Source: Nitrosopumilus sp. (GTDB taxonomy: Archaea > Thermoproteota > Nitrososphaeria > Nitrososphaerales > Nitrosopumilaceae). From it: 64,000 bases of DNA. The stretch's first letter is position 1. Every line of letters begins with the position of its first letter. The notes below the pieces were generated by a model that searched no databases, was not told the DNA's origin, and worked only from the letters and a program-made list of their open reading frames with translations. The stretch is taken from positions 1,152,001-1,216,000 of the forward strand of contig OZ242220.1 of assembly GCA_965206745.1 (NCBI GenBank), written 5' to 3'. Positions 7,253-16,162 of this stretch are shown piece by piece. The position numbers and the translations under genes are program-made.

Positions 7253-9426
7253 TTTTTTGCTTGTCCGTTTGATGCCAGTTTGTTTAACACCAGTGCCAAC
7301 AAGACACCTCTGTCAACCATGCTGTCTTTTAAAATATATTCATTGGGAGTTCTGTAATCGGTACCAATAGGACCCATTCCTCCAACCATCGAGATGTCTT
7401 GTAAGACGTTACATAGACTAGAAGTTGCAAACCTATGTGTGGATTTAACTTTTATGTCTGCATCCTCTGCAGTTTTCTGAATCAGATCATACAAGCTTGA
7501 GATTTTTTCAGAGTTTTCCACAGGATCTCTTGTAGCTTGTTTTGAAATATGAATATCCAATTTTGATTGATCTTTCTTTTTAGCAATCCTGTGTAATTCT
7601 GAATCAAACCTTTGCCCTTGTGCTAAATTTGAATATCGTGATTCTAAAGATAATTGCCCATACTGGGGGGATCTTCCAAAAGAGGTTCTTGCTCGAAATT
7701 CAGAGATGGTAATTCTAGCATCATCATGATCTTCGGAGACTTTCTTCCAGGAGACTATTTTCTTGCACATATCAGGGATCACATCTTTGATTGTTTCATC
7801 ATGACGCCTAACGTGGGTCAGATCAACATGATACCTAGTGATGCCAGAGCAAGATGTTACAATTCCGCCGTTTTCCAGTCCCCACTTTAGCTCAATAATG
7901 TTTTTTGAGATTTTTGCAGTATCATATACTAGCTGCTTGCTAAATCTTCCACCCAAGCTATCATCAGTGATTAGTAAGACTCCACATTTTAGGTTCTTGA
8001 GCTTTCTAGCAAAACGCAGGGATTTTAGTGCTGCAAGCATGGTCACCAAACCTCCTTTACTTTCAGCAATGCCTGAACCGTAGAGCTTGTTACTAATCTT
8101 GTAAAAAGGCGTGAAATCCTGATTGGCATACCAAGTATCAAGATGTCCCAAGAGCAAAACGTCGTTTTCCTCAGAGTCATGGTTAGTAAAATACAGCATA
8201 TTTCCAACATCAAATTCGTGGTATTCTTGAACGGTGAATCCGAGGGGTGAGAGTCTCTTGGTCATCATTGTGCCAAGTTTGTTGACATCCTCCAGATTAG
8301 TTACACTAGAGTTTACATTTACAAGATGTTCAAGCAGTGCTTCGTTTGTCGTTGCATGGCTTCTGATATGGCTTCGCACTATAGAGCGTAGTGGTTGCGA
8401 TTCAACATTCTCTGAAGATTCTTCATGTTTGTGGGATTCCCCAAAATAGCGCAAGGCTGCAACATCAAGCATTTTGTTGATTAGCGAATCATATGTGTAT
8501 CCGGCACTCTGGGCGGCGGCAAAAAAGGATCCAGTAAGACCCAAGCTGGCCATGGAATTTAGCTCCAGAACATAAAAATTCCCATCTGCATTCATTCGAA
8601 AATCAACGCGGGTGAAATCATTTAATCCCAATTTTTTAAATGCCGCAAGGGAGATCCTTTTGATTTCTGCGGTTTGTTCCTCTGTTAGCAGTGCGGGACA
8701 TATTTTATCTACAGGGGTCTGTTTTTTGTCACTGATGGTCTGAATGCGGTTTGGATCCCCATTAAGATCCATCTCCACGATTGGTAGAATCTCAATATTG
8801 TTGCCATTACCCAACAATCCAACTGCAAATTCTCTGCCAGCAATAAACTGTTCCACTAAAATCTCCTGAGAATATTTCTCCATCTGTTTTACAACTGCTT
8901 TGTGTAAATCATCCCAATTATCAACTACCTCCATTCCCATGGATGTGGATTCCATTTTTGGTTTCACGATTACAGGAAATACCAGATCATCAAAGGTATC
9001 ATCAGGTGATGAAAATACCCAGAAACCAGGAGTGGGAAGATTGTTTTTCTGTAACACGATCTTCGTCATCACCTTATCTTGGACAACTGCATGAGTTTCC
9101 GGACCAGAGCCAGTATATGGAATTCCCAGCATTTCAAGCATAGCAGGTACGTGTGTGTAGCGATTCTGCCCTTGGATTCCATAAGCCATGTTAAACACCA
9201 TGCCGGGCCTCTCCCCTGAAACAACTCTTGGCATGAAATTTTTCATGTCATCGATAAAATTCATCCCTCCTTCGATGATCTTTACAGAGTGACCCCCTTT
9301 TTCCAAGGATTTGGCAACTTTCTCTACAGTTTTGGTACTATAGTGCTCTTTAGTAACCATACCAAAGACATTGATCACGTCATTTTCATCAACTGATTTT
9401 TTGTTATAAACGATAGCTACTTTCAA
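7249..9426 (-). CDS. D-Ala-D-Ala ligase-like ATP-grasp domain fused to an M20/M25/M40 peptidase-like domain
   Basis: N-half: GIPYTGS, DKVMTK, FPVIVKP, LVEQFIAGREF, RVDFR, LELN; C-half: LLLGHLDT, LYGSGIAESKGG, GMGPIG...TPNEY. Confidence 0.88.
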   Translation of the reverse strand: MKVAIVYNKKSVDENDVINVFGMVTKEHYSTKTVEKVAKSLEKGGHSVKIIEGGMNFIDDMKNFMPRVVSGERPGMVFNMAYGIQGQNRYTHVPAMLEMLGIPYTGSGPETHAVVQDKVMTKIVLQKNNLPTPGFWVFSSPDDTFDDLVFPVIVKPKMESTSMGMEVVDNWDDLHKAVVKQMEKYSQEILVEQFIAGREFAVGLLGNGNNIEILPIVEMDLNGDPNRIQTISDKKQTPVDKICPALLTEEQTAEIKRISLAAFKKLGLNDFTRVDFRMNADGNFYVLELNSMASLGLTGSFFAAAQSAGYTYDSLINKMLDVAALRYFGESHKHEESSENVESQPLRSIVRSHIRSHATTNEALLEHLVNVNSSVTNLEDVNKLGTMMTKRLSPLGFTVQEYHEFDVGNMLYFTNHDSEENDVLLLGHLDTWYANQDFTPFYKISNKLYGSGIAESKGGLVTMLAALKSLRFARKLKNLKCGVLLITDDSLGGRFSKQLVYDTAKISKNIIELKWGLENGGIVTSCSGITRYHVDLTHVRRHDETIKDVIPDMCKKIVSWKKVSEDHDDARITISEFRARTSFGRSPQYGQLSLESRYSNLAQGQRFDSELHRIAKKKDQSKLDIHISKQATRDPVENSEKISSLYDLIQKTAEDADIKVKSTHRFATSSLCNVLQDISMVGGMGPIGTDYRTPNEYILKDSMVDRGVLLALVLNKLASNGQAKK

Positions 9427-9879
9427 TACATAATTACAGATTCAACAAGTAAAAAAACTAATCTGGACTAAATAATATTCAAACTGCCACGATGACAGGT
9501 ATTTTCACAGACGGCATAGTCAGAGGGTTTTTAGGATTTCTGACAAATTATGAAGAATTCCCCTCAATCTGCGGGTCATGAGATGATCTGATCTGTGAGG
9601 CACATAAAATATGGATTCCATTCAGATTCATAAAATTACCCATTTGGAGCTTGAGATGTAATCAATCAAATGGTTCTGCAATGATGTCTGTTATAATGCC
9701 CAGATTTTAGATGATGGTTTGAGGGTGGCTGTTTTTGCCATACAGGGCATTAGTAATTCTGGCCAAAGTCGCATTGTTGATTTCAGATCTTGCATCACCT
9801 GTTGCCCAGTTCTGCAGCGTTTAGCAAGTCTTGCAAGAATGGTTGATGTAAAACAATATCTTTAAATTAAAAAATATTT

Positions 9880-10641
9880 TTGCATGTTTCGTTGAACAGA
9901 AAGAATTTATCCATTCTTGTTATTTTGCTATCTGTCGGTATTGGTGTTAGTGTATTTCTGATGATTTTAACATCTTTTGAAGATACAGCTGAAATTTACA
10001 TTGAGGGAGATACGCTGTTTTATCATGGTGAAATTAATGAATCAAGCTATGAAAAACTAAAATCAATAACAGATGAGAATCCAAATGTCAGCACGCTTGA
10101 AATAGCATCTACCGGGGGGGATACAAAATCGGGCAAAGACATCGGAAAGATAGTGTTTGATAGAAAGCTAGACGTGGTTGTTGACGCAATTTGTTTTTCA
10201 TCATGTGCTAATTACATATTTCCCAGCGGAGTAGAGAAATTCATCAAGGAGAACAGTTTTGTTGGTTGGCATGGCTCAGAGTTCCAGTACGATGTTCTGT
10301 CTGAAATTTATGATGAATCCTCTGAAGTACTTTTAAAAAATGCGATAGCAGAGAGTTGTAACAATGATTGGTCATGTTCGATTAGTGATGAATATGTACA
10401 AAACGAGTACGAATTAATCATAAGCGGACTAGAAGATGAAGAGGGATTTTTCGATATGATTGGAATAGACAAAAATGTAACACTAAACGGGTTGTATACC
10501 CTTACGGATTCAGAATGCATTGGGTGGACTCATTCCATATCAGATATGGCCATGTATGGAATTGACAATGTGTCTTATTTGTCAGACATGCCATACCCCG
10601 ATGAGGCCATACTAGAGGAGTATGGCATTTGTCTGATTTGA
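9880..10641 (+). CDS. membrane-anchored exported protein with ClpP/crotonase-like domain
   Basis: N-terminal TM helix; YHGEI, IASTGGD, VVVDAICFSSCANYIF, FVGWHG pattern; acidic. Confidence 0.6.
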   Translation: MHVSLNRKNLSILVILLSVGIGVSVFLMILTSFEDTAEIYIEGDTLFYHGEINESSYEKLKSITDENPNVSTLEIASTGGDTKSGKDIGKIVFDRKLDVVVDAICFSSCANYIFPSGVEKFIKENSFVGWHGSEFQYDVLSEIYDESSEVLLKNAIAESCNNDWSCSISDEYVQNEYELIISGLEDEEGFFDMIGIDKNVTLNGLYTLTDSECIGWTHSISDMAMYGIDNVSYLSDMPYPDEAILEEYGICLI

Positions 10642-10893
10642 TGGTTCTGCACAATGTCAAGTCATACTTGTGAAATTCATCAAAGATTTCAGCGGAAAAA
10701 TAAATCACATCATGCAGACTTGGCCAAGGTCTGATGCACCACGTGCTATGAAAATAATGTTTGTATTTACACACATATTTTAGAGAACAAGTTACAGGAG
10801 AGCCGACTAGTCTCTCCCGCCCTTAGGCCATAAGACCTAATGAACAACATACATTACAAAATTAGTATAAAAACATAAAATAAGATATCGAGG

Positions 10894-11694
10894 CTAAAGA
10901 CCTAGTGGACCATTTCCGTATAGCGAATCAAAGAATAATTTTGCAGCGGCAATTAGAATGACAAGGGATACGAGGATTTGCAGATAACGCTCCTTGATAT
11001 CAACGGATAATCTTGCGCCAATCAATCCCCCAATAAAAGATCCAACAGATAGTAAGCCGGCTTGGAGAAAATCAGGATGGCCCAAAAAACTATGTACGAT
11101 GACACCTGACATTGATGCAAACAACAGAATCATTTGTGATGTTGGTGCGGCTTTTTTCATTGCCATTCCCATCCCAACCACCATCAAGGGCACAAATACA
11201 ACTCCGCCGCCGATGCCAAAAAATGACGAGATCATCCCTGCAAAAAAGCTTGCTCCAATTACAAGGACAATCATTTGTCTTGAGAGGGTCTTCTCTTTGG
11301 TCTCTAGTTTTTTTCTCAAAAATATGTATGCAGCAGATCCAATCAGCACAAACCCAAATAAAATCTTAAAAATATCTGGTGCAACATCAGTTGATACGAC
11401 TGCACCCAAAATCGTTCCAGGGATTGAGAGTAACCCAAGCTTGATGCCCAAAGAGTACTCTATGCGTTTTTGTTTTGAATAAGAGATCGTAGATGCAGTG
11501 GCATTGCTTAATGCGGCAAACAAACTACTGCTTGCAGCAACAGTCGGAGGAAATCCCAGAAATGTCAATACAGGAACAATGACTACCCCACCGCCGAGGC
11601 CAATCATAGAACCCAAAATTCCTGCTGCAAATCCCAACAGAACAAGCCATAGTTGATCAATCATCGTAATGCCAATCGTAGGATTTTCCAGCAT
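10894..11694 (-). CDS. Sulfite exporter TauE/SafE (TSUP) family membrane protein
   Basis: Duplicated GxxGxGGGV..VP motif, about 8 TM helices. Confidence 0.9.
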   Translation of the reverse strand: MLENPTIGITMIDQLWLVLLGFAAGILGSMIGLGGGVVIVPVLTFLGFPPTVAASSSLFAALSNATASTISYSKQKRIEYSLGIKLGLLSIPGTILGAVVSTDVAPDIFKILFGFVLIGSAAYIFLRKKLETKEKTLSRQMIVLVIGASFFAGMISSFFGIGGGVVFVPLMVVGMGMAMKKAAPTSQMILLFASMSGVIVHSFLGHPDFLQAGLLSVGSFIGGLIGARLSVDIKERYLQILVSLVILIAAAKLFFDSLYGNGPLGL

Positions 11695-11703
11695 ATAATC
11701 AAA

Positions 11704-12333
11704 CTACTTTACAATGATTAGTGTCTGTAAGACAGAGTTGTCCTTGAAAGTAATCTCTAAAGATATTTCAGAATCACCCAAATTATCAATTTTGGACTTT
11801 ATGTTTCTATTATCAGAATCACGAGAAAATGTGTGGGCAGCCTCCAGCCATGAAGAAATGGATTCATAGTCCTCAGATTTCTGATCTGCCCAACAGTCAC
11901 AGACAAGTGTCTCAATCACGGCTTCAAATACTGCAAAGACATCATCAGAATTGGATTCCAAAGTTGCAGTTTCAAGGTTGGTCACTGCCATGACAGGGGA
12001 GTAGAGATCACCTCCGATGTTGATGTTTCCAAGAGCATTTCCTTGGGAATCCAATACTGCAGTTGTGGTACAATATTCTACATTTATTGCGACCCCATTC
12101 TCAAAGTATGTGCAGTATCGATTTATCGTATGATCAGTTATTGCCACGGGTGTGGATACTGTAATGTTTTGCTGGGCCAAAGTATCTTGAATGTCATCAA
12201 TGTCGTAATAAGCAAAACCGGCATCGCCAATGGATGGGGGTTGAGGCTCAGTAGAGTTCTCATCCAGCAAAAAATATACAAAGACTGAGATCACGATAAC
12301 GGCAATTACAGGCACTACAAGGAGTTTGTTCAT
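11704..12333 (-). CDS. membrane-anchored hypothetical protein
   Basis: N-terminal hydrophobic anchor, acidic extracellular domain with Cys pairs (YCTYF, YCTT, VCDCW). Confidence 0.7.
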   Translation of the reverse strand: MNKLLVVPVIAVIVISVFVYFLLDENSTEPQPPSIGDAGFAYYDIDDIQDTLAQQNITVSTPVAITDHTINRYCTYFENGVAINVEYCTTTAVLDSQGNALGNINIGGDLYSPVMAVTNLETATLESNSDDVFAVFEAVIETLVCDCWADQKSEDYESISSWLEAAHTFSRDSDNRNIKSKIDNLGDSEISLEITFKDNSVLQTLIIVK

Positions 12334-12373
12334 GAATTACAAAAATTTTATTCAAAGATAAGGTTTTGCAATG

Positions 12374-12865
12374 CTAGATTGAAATTACGGTCAGTTTGGA
12401 GTCAGCGGTAATATTATTCTGCTCGACAAACCCAGAAGTCACCTCAAGAACATAGAATGCCTTGTTGTCAGGAACGATGCTTTGACAAGTTGCGATTTCT
12501 AAAGCGGTTTTACAGGGGGGAATGTCTTTTTCAATATGCACTACATTACCGTCATGATCAAACCAAATCATATCCAGGGGAAACTGCATGTTGAGCATCC
12601 ACAAAGAATACAAGCCGGGTTGGTCAAATACAAAGATCATTCCCTGATCATAAGGGAGTTGATCTTGAAACATCAGTCCCCTGACACGTCTAGGTTCGGA
12701 ATCTGCAATCTGTACCTCTAAAGCAATATCGTCTACCAAAATAGTGCCTCGTGGAAATTCAACTGATTCTAGTTTGCTATCACTTGGAAGGGTCAGCATA
12801 CCAATTACCCCAATAATTACGGCTGCAATCGTAATTGGAATTAATGCCTGTGCACGAGTTGTCAT
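12374..12865 (-). CDS. DUF192 domain protein
   Basis: EVQIAD..RRVRGLMF, GMIFVF, WMLNMQFPLDMIW, YVLEV; probable start MTTRAQ. Confidence 0.9.
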   Translation of the reverse strand: MTTRAQALIPITIAAVIIGVIGMLTLPSDSKLESVEFPRGTILVDDIALEVQIADSEPRRVRGLMFQDQLPYDQGMIFVFDQPGLYSLWMLNMQFPLDMIWFDHDGNVVHIEKDIPPCKTALEIATCQSIVPDNKAFYVLEVTSGFVEQNNITADSKLTVISI

Positions 12866-12904
12866 GATTAAATAGGTTCGAATCCTTTTAAAAACCAATA
12901 GAGG

Positions 12905-13255
12905 TCAGAATATGGAATTCTTAAAATCCTTGATTGCAGACAGGTTATTCTTTGTTTGATCCCCGACATCATGAAGCGTTGAGCCGTTGTACTTTTTGTC
13001 AAGATATCGCCCTGCAACTATCATCGGGCCGCCAATGGCACAAGTCACGCCAGTTGGCTCAGGCACCCATAACATCAAAAATCCAATCTTTTGGAGTTTT
13101 TTGCCTGGAGCAGAGGCTTTGTGAAGGGCCCCTAATGAGCTGGCAGTACGCTTATCATCAATGCTAGACACTTCAGTATACAGATTTGCCCTACGCTTGG
13201 CAGAATCAGAGAATTTCCGTAATTCGTCCAGACGTTCCTTTAGGGGGTCAACCAT
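12905..13255 (-). CDS. hypothetical protein
   Basis: 116-aa ORF with central hydrophobic PEPTG hairpin segment. Confidence 0.6.
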   Translation of the reverse strand: MVDPLKERLDELRKFSDSAKRRANLYTEVSSIDDKRTASSLGALHKASAPGKKLQKIGFLMLWVPEPTGVTCAIGGPMIVAGRYLDKKYNGSTLHDVGDQTKNNLSAIKDFKNSIF

Positions 13256-13388
13256 TCCAATCTTGATTTAAAAGAAAATAGTTAAGAAACATAGATCAAC
13301 TACGGTTACATTCAAGTCAACAAAGAGTAACCAAAATCAGCGAAAAGACACCCAATTATACTAGATTGTATACAGATACAAAAGACCC

Positions 13389-13853
13389 ATGAAATCTAAA
13401 AACTCTAAAAGGCTGGATTCGATCAAGGCGGCACATCAGTCAGAGAGGGAGCGCTCAAGTACAAGAATGGAGGATTATCTAGAAATAATCTCAGAGCTAG
13501 TAGAACTGAAAGGATATGCAACGACTCTGGACATATCAAGGTACATGAATGTGAGCGCGCCAAGTGTTACCAAAATGCTCCAAAGATTAGATGAGGGCGG
13601 ATTTTTAGAGTATGAAAAGTATCACGGAATCAATCTCACAGATAAAGGAACGCAGATAGCAGAAGGGATAAGACAAAAGCATGGAATACTGTTGGAGTTT
13701 TTTGAGATTTTGGGGGTAGGGTATGATACTGCCAATCAGGATACAGAGGGGATCGAGCATCACCTAAACCCAAAGACCATAAAACAGCTAAGAAAATTCA
13801 TTACTTTTCTAAAGGCAAACCCGAAAATCATTGAGAGTTTTAAAAATCTTTAA
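13389..13853 (+). CDS. DtxR/MntR family metal-dependent transcriptional regulator
   Basis: EDYLE.I, VSAPSVTKML.RL, LTDKG, KHGILLEFF, EGIEHHL. Confidence 0.93.
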   Translation: MKSKNSKRLDSIKAAHQSERERSSTRMEDYLEIISELVELKGYATTLDISRYMNVSAPSVTKMLQRLDEGGFLEYEKYHGINLTDKGTQIAEGIRQKHGILLEFFEILGVGYDTANQDTEGIEHHLNPKTIKQLRKFITFLKANPKIIESFKNL

Positions 13854-15672
13854 GATAAAGCTTGATGTCGTTTTGTGATGATGTAAAATCCATCAGAGTT
13901 CTTGCAGCATCAGAGCGTTTAGGAATTTTGATCTGTCCCTTTTTGCCAATCCTGACAGACGTGATGAACTTTTCATTAGCATAGATATCGGCATGCATCG
14001 AAGTGAAATCCCTGTTGACTGTGATAAGCAAAGCGGTTTTTGATTCTGAGAAGCTAAAGGGCAGGTCATTTGATGTTAATGACACATCATCAGATGTCTT
14101 TGCCACCACGTCAATATGGACTTTGAGATGCTTTTCAATCTGATCAATGTTTGAGCCACCTCTTCCGATTATTGATGCAATATATTGCTCATTGACCATT
14201 ACCTTGGCCCGATTATCAGAGAGAATTTCAACTTCAGCGCGAGGGTCATAGCTTCTAAAAGTTTCTTTGATCTTCTCTTCTGCTAGCTTTTCAATTCCAA
14301 CCTTATCTGCCTTCTTCCCTACAGGAACAATGACGTTTTCTTCGCCAAAGGTGTAAATTTCATGCTCCAAAACATCATCATCAAAATTCCTAATTTCAAT
14401 TACTGGTCTGGCCAAATCAGATTCAGTCATGCCAGTCGGGACTTTGACCTTTAACTCCAAATCATAGACTTTCTCAATCGCGCCGCCTTTAACAAAGACG
14501 ACAGTGTCCAGCACGTTTGGAATTATTCCAAGCTCGATTTTTCCAATAAAGCGTTGAATTGCATCAAGGGGGGAGTTTGCATGGACCACGCCTACCATCC
14601 CAACCCCAGTCAATCTCAAATCGGCAAAGGTCACAAAATCTTCTCGTCTTCTCACCTCATCAAAGATTGTATAGTCAGGCCTTACAAGCAGCAAAATATC
14701 AGCAGAATTATCAAAGCTTCCATCAAGCTTGCTGTATTGAGTCACTCCGGAATCAACTTGCAAGTCGCGCGGGGACTCGAATGTTTTGACTATTTTTCCT
14801 TTTTTGTGATAAAAGTTTGCAAGGCCAGATGCCAGAGTACTTTTTCCAGAACCTGGAGAGCCAGAGATGACGATTCCCTCGGCACTGTCAGAGAAACGCT
14901 CCATCAGTTTTTCAGAGATTGCATAGTCGTCAAGGGACAGCTTTACAATAGGATGAACGATTGTGATTTCAAAGGATTCAGAAAATGGCGGATAAGTTAT
15001 CGCAATACGATAATCCTCATGTTGTACCACAGATGCGCCAGTCTTAGAAATCTCCAGTGTGCTAGAGTCAGACATGTTTGCAACGTCTAAAATTTGAGAT
15101 GAGATCATTTCCAGGTAATCTCGTGACAGGGGCTCATCATTTAATTTTGTTAGTACAAACGCTCCAGGCTTGCCTTTTTTTGCCAACGGGCACTGGCTTT
15201 CCTTAAGATGTATACTCATGGTTTCAGGATCAAAAAATTTTAAAAATTCCAATGACTCATTTTTGAATTCAGGCTTGAGAAAGACGGCATCAATGCCCTC
15301 AGCCTGCGCCACCAAATACTGCACATTGTCAGAAGTGTACAAGACCGCATTACTTTGTTTGGCCATGTCAACTATCAGGGAGTCAATCCTACCGCTACTT
15401 GCAAGTTTCACGTCATCAGAAGACGGATGGGTTCCACTTACAGCAACAGTCAATCCGTGGCTTCCAGATAGTGACTTGAGCTTTTGAATTTTTTGAAGGC
15501 CTACGAATCCCTGTTCTTTTCTCTTTGATGCCTGAGATTGCAATTCATCAAAAACAGCCTGCGGGATGATAATTTCAAAATCCCTGATGCCGCCAGACTC
15601 TATTTGGGAAACTAGCTGGCCGTTAATTATTACGCTAGTGTCAGCTACAATTTTCGACAATTTTTTAATCAA
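13840..15672 (-). CDS. PIN-domain / P-loop ATPase / KH protein (PINA, Holliday-junction branch migration ATPase family)
   Basis: N-terminal PIN (VADTSVII, TSD), Walker A GSPGSGKST, ESPRDLQ, RPDYTIFDEVR, KH IIGRGG. Confidence 0.9.
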   Translation of the reverse strand: MIKKLSKIVADTSVIINGQLVSQIESGGIRDFEIIIPQAVFDELQSQASKRKEQGFVGLQKIQKLKSLSGSHGLTVAVSGTHPSSDDVKLASSGRIDSLIVDMAKQSNAVLYTSDNVQYLVAQAEGIDAVFLKPEFKNESLEFLKFFDPETMSIHLKESQCPLAKKGKPGAFVLTKLNDEPLSRDYLEMISSQILDVANMSDSSTLEISKTGASVVQHEDYRIAITYPPFSESFEITIVHPIVKLSLDDYAISEKLMERFSDSAEGIVISGSPGSGKSTLASGLANFYHKKGKIVKTFESPRDLQVDSGVTQYSKLDGSFDNSADILLLVRPDYTIFDEVRRREDFVTFADLRLTGVGMVGVVHANSPLDAIQRFIGKIELGIIPNVLDTVVFVKGGAIEKVYDLELKVKVPTGMTESDLARPVIEIRNFDDDVLEHEIYTFGEENVIVPVGKKADKVGIEKLAEEKIKETFRSYDPRAEVEILSDNRAKVMVNEQYIASIIGRGGSNIDQIEKHLKVHIDVVAKTSDDVSLTSNDLPFSFSESKTALLITVNRDFTSMHADIYANEKFITSVRIGKKGQIKIPKRSDAARTLMDFTSSQNDIKLYLKDF

Positions 15673-15723
15673 TGTTTGAATTATCCTACACCCTAAATTA
15701 CTTTCTCAAGTCAGGGTTCTCAG

Positions 15724-15915
15724 TTGATTCCAAAATGCCTCCTAAAACAGAGGGTTTTGATATGTGTGATACCAGCACTTGCCAAAGAAGAAAGCCAGAA
15801 TTTGGCAACAAAGCAACCAGAGGCATCTTGGGCAAATTACTGCCCACATATGGCCAAAGAGAGACATCTCGATTTGCAAGCCCCAAGGAATCCTCAAAAT
15901 GCAGATTACCCATAA
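15724..15915 (+). CDS. possible small hypothetical protein (frame ambiguous with 15672-16019)
   Basis: 63-aa TTG-start ORF about 28 nt after a TAAATTA box; an overlapping alternative frame is also open. Confidence 0.3.
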   Translation: MIPKCLLKQRVLICVIPALAKEESQNLATKQPEASWANYCPHMAKERHLDLQAPRNPQNADYP

Positions 15916-15993
15916 ACCTGCTTAAAGAAAACGAACTTTCAGGGCTAAAATACCTCACACTCTTAAAAAAATGGAGGTTTGAGGAGTTAAGGT

Positions 15994-16134
15994 ATGGAAC
16001 AAGCCCCAGTCAGAAATGAGGAATTTTACAAAAACTGTACCAAATATTTTGAATCTTTGCGCAAAAAAGGCATGACAGACTATGATTTTGAAGACGAATA
16101 TTATTTTACCATGCCTGCCATATCCAGCCACTAG
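15994..16134 (+). CDS. small hypothetical protein MEQAPVRNEEFYKNCTKYFESLRKKGMTDYDFEDEYYFTMPAISSH (46 aa)
   Basis: Read manually; GAGG/GGAG SD-like sequence upstream; fills the gap before tldD. Confidence 0.55.
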   Translation: MEQAPVRNEEFYKNCTKYFESLRKKGMTDYDFEDEYYFTMPAISSH

Positions 16135-16162
16135 ATAGCAGAAGATTTACGAACCACCACAA

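Noticed and set aside
7249-9426. Annotation as true D-Ala-D-Ala ligase (ddl) or a vancomycin-resistance ligase
   Set aside because: Archaeal host, no mur/alr/van genes nearby, Ddl-specific loops altered, fused to an M20 domain
9427-9879. Possible pseudogene in the gap upstream of the ligase
   Set aside because: No recognisable protein motif in the frames read by eye; needs blastx
13304-13332. GGTTAC-N17-GTAACC upstream of the DtxR-family gene as an operator
   Set aside because: Spacer too long for a DtxR/MntR box, and 6-bp arms can arise by chance
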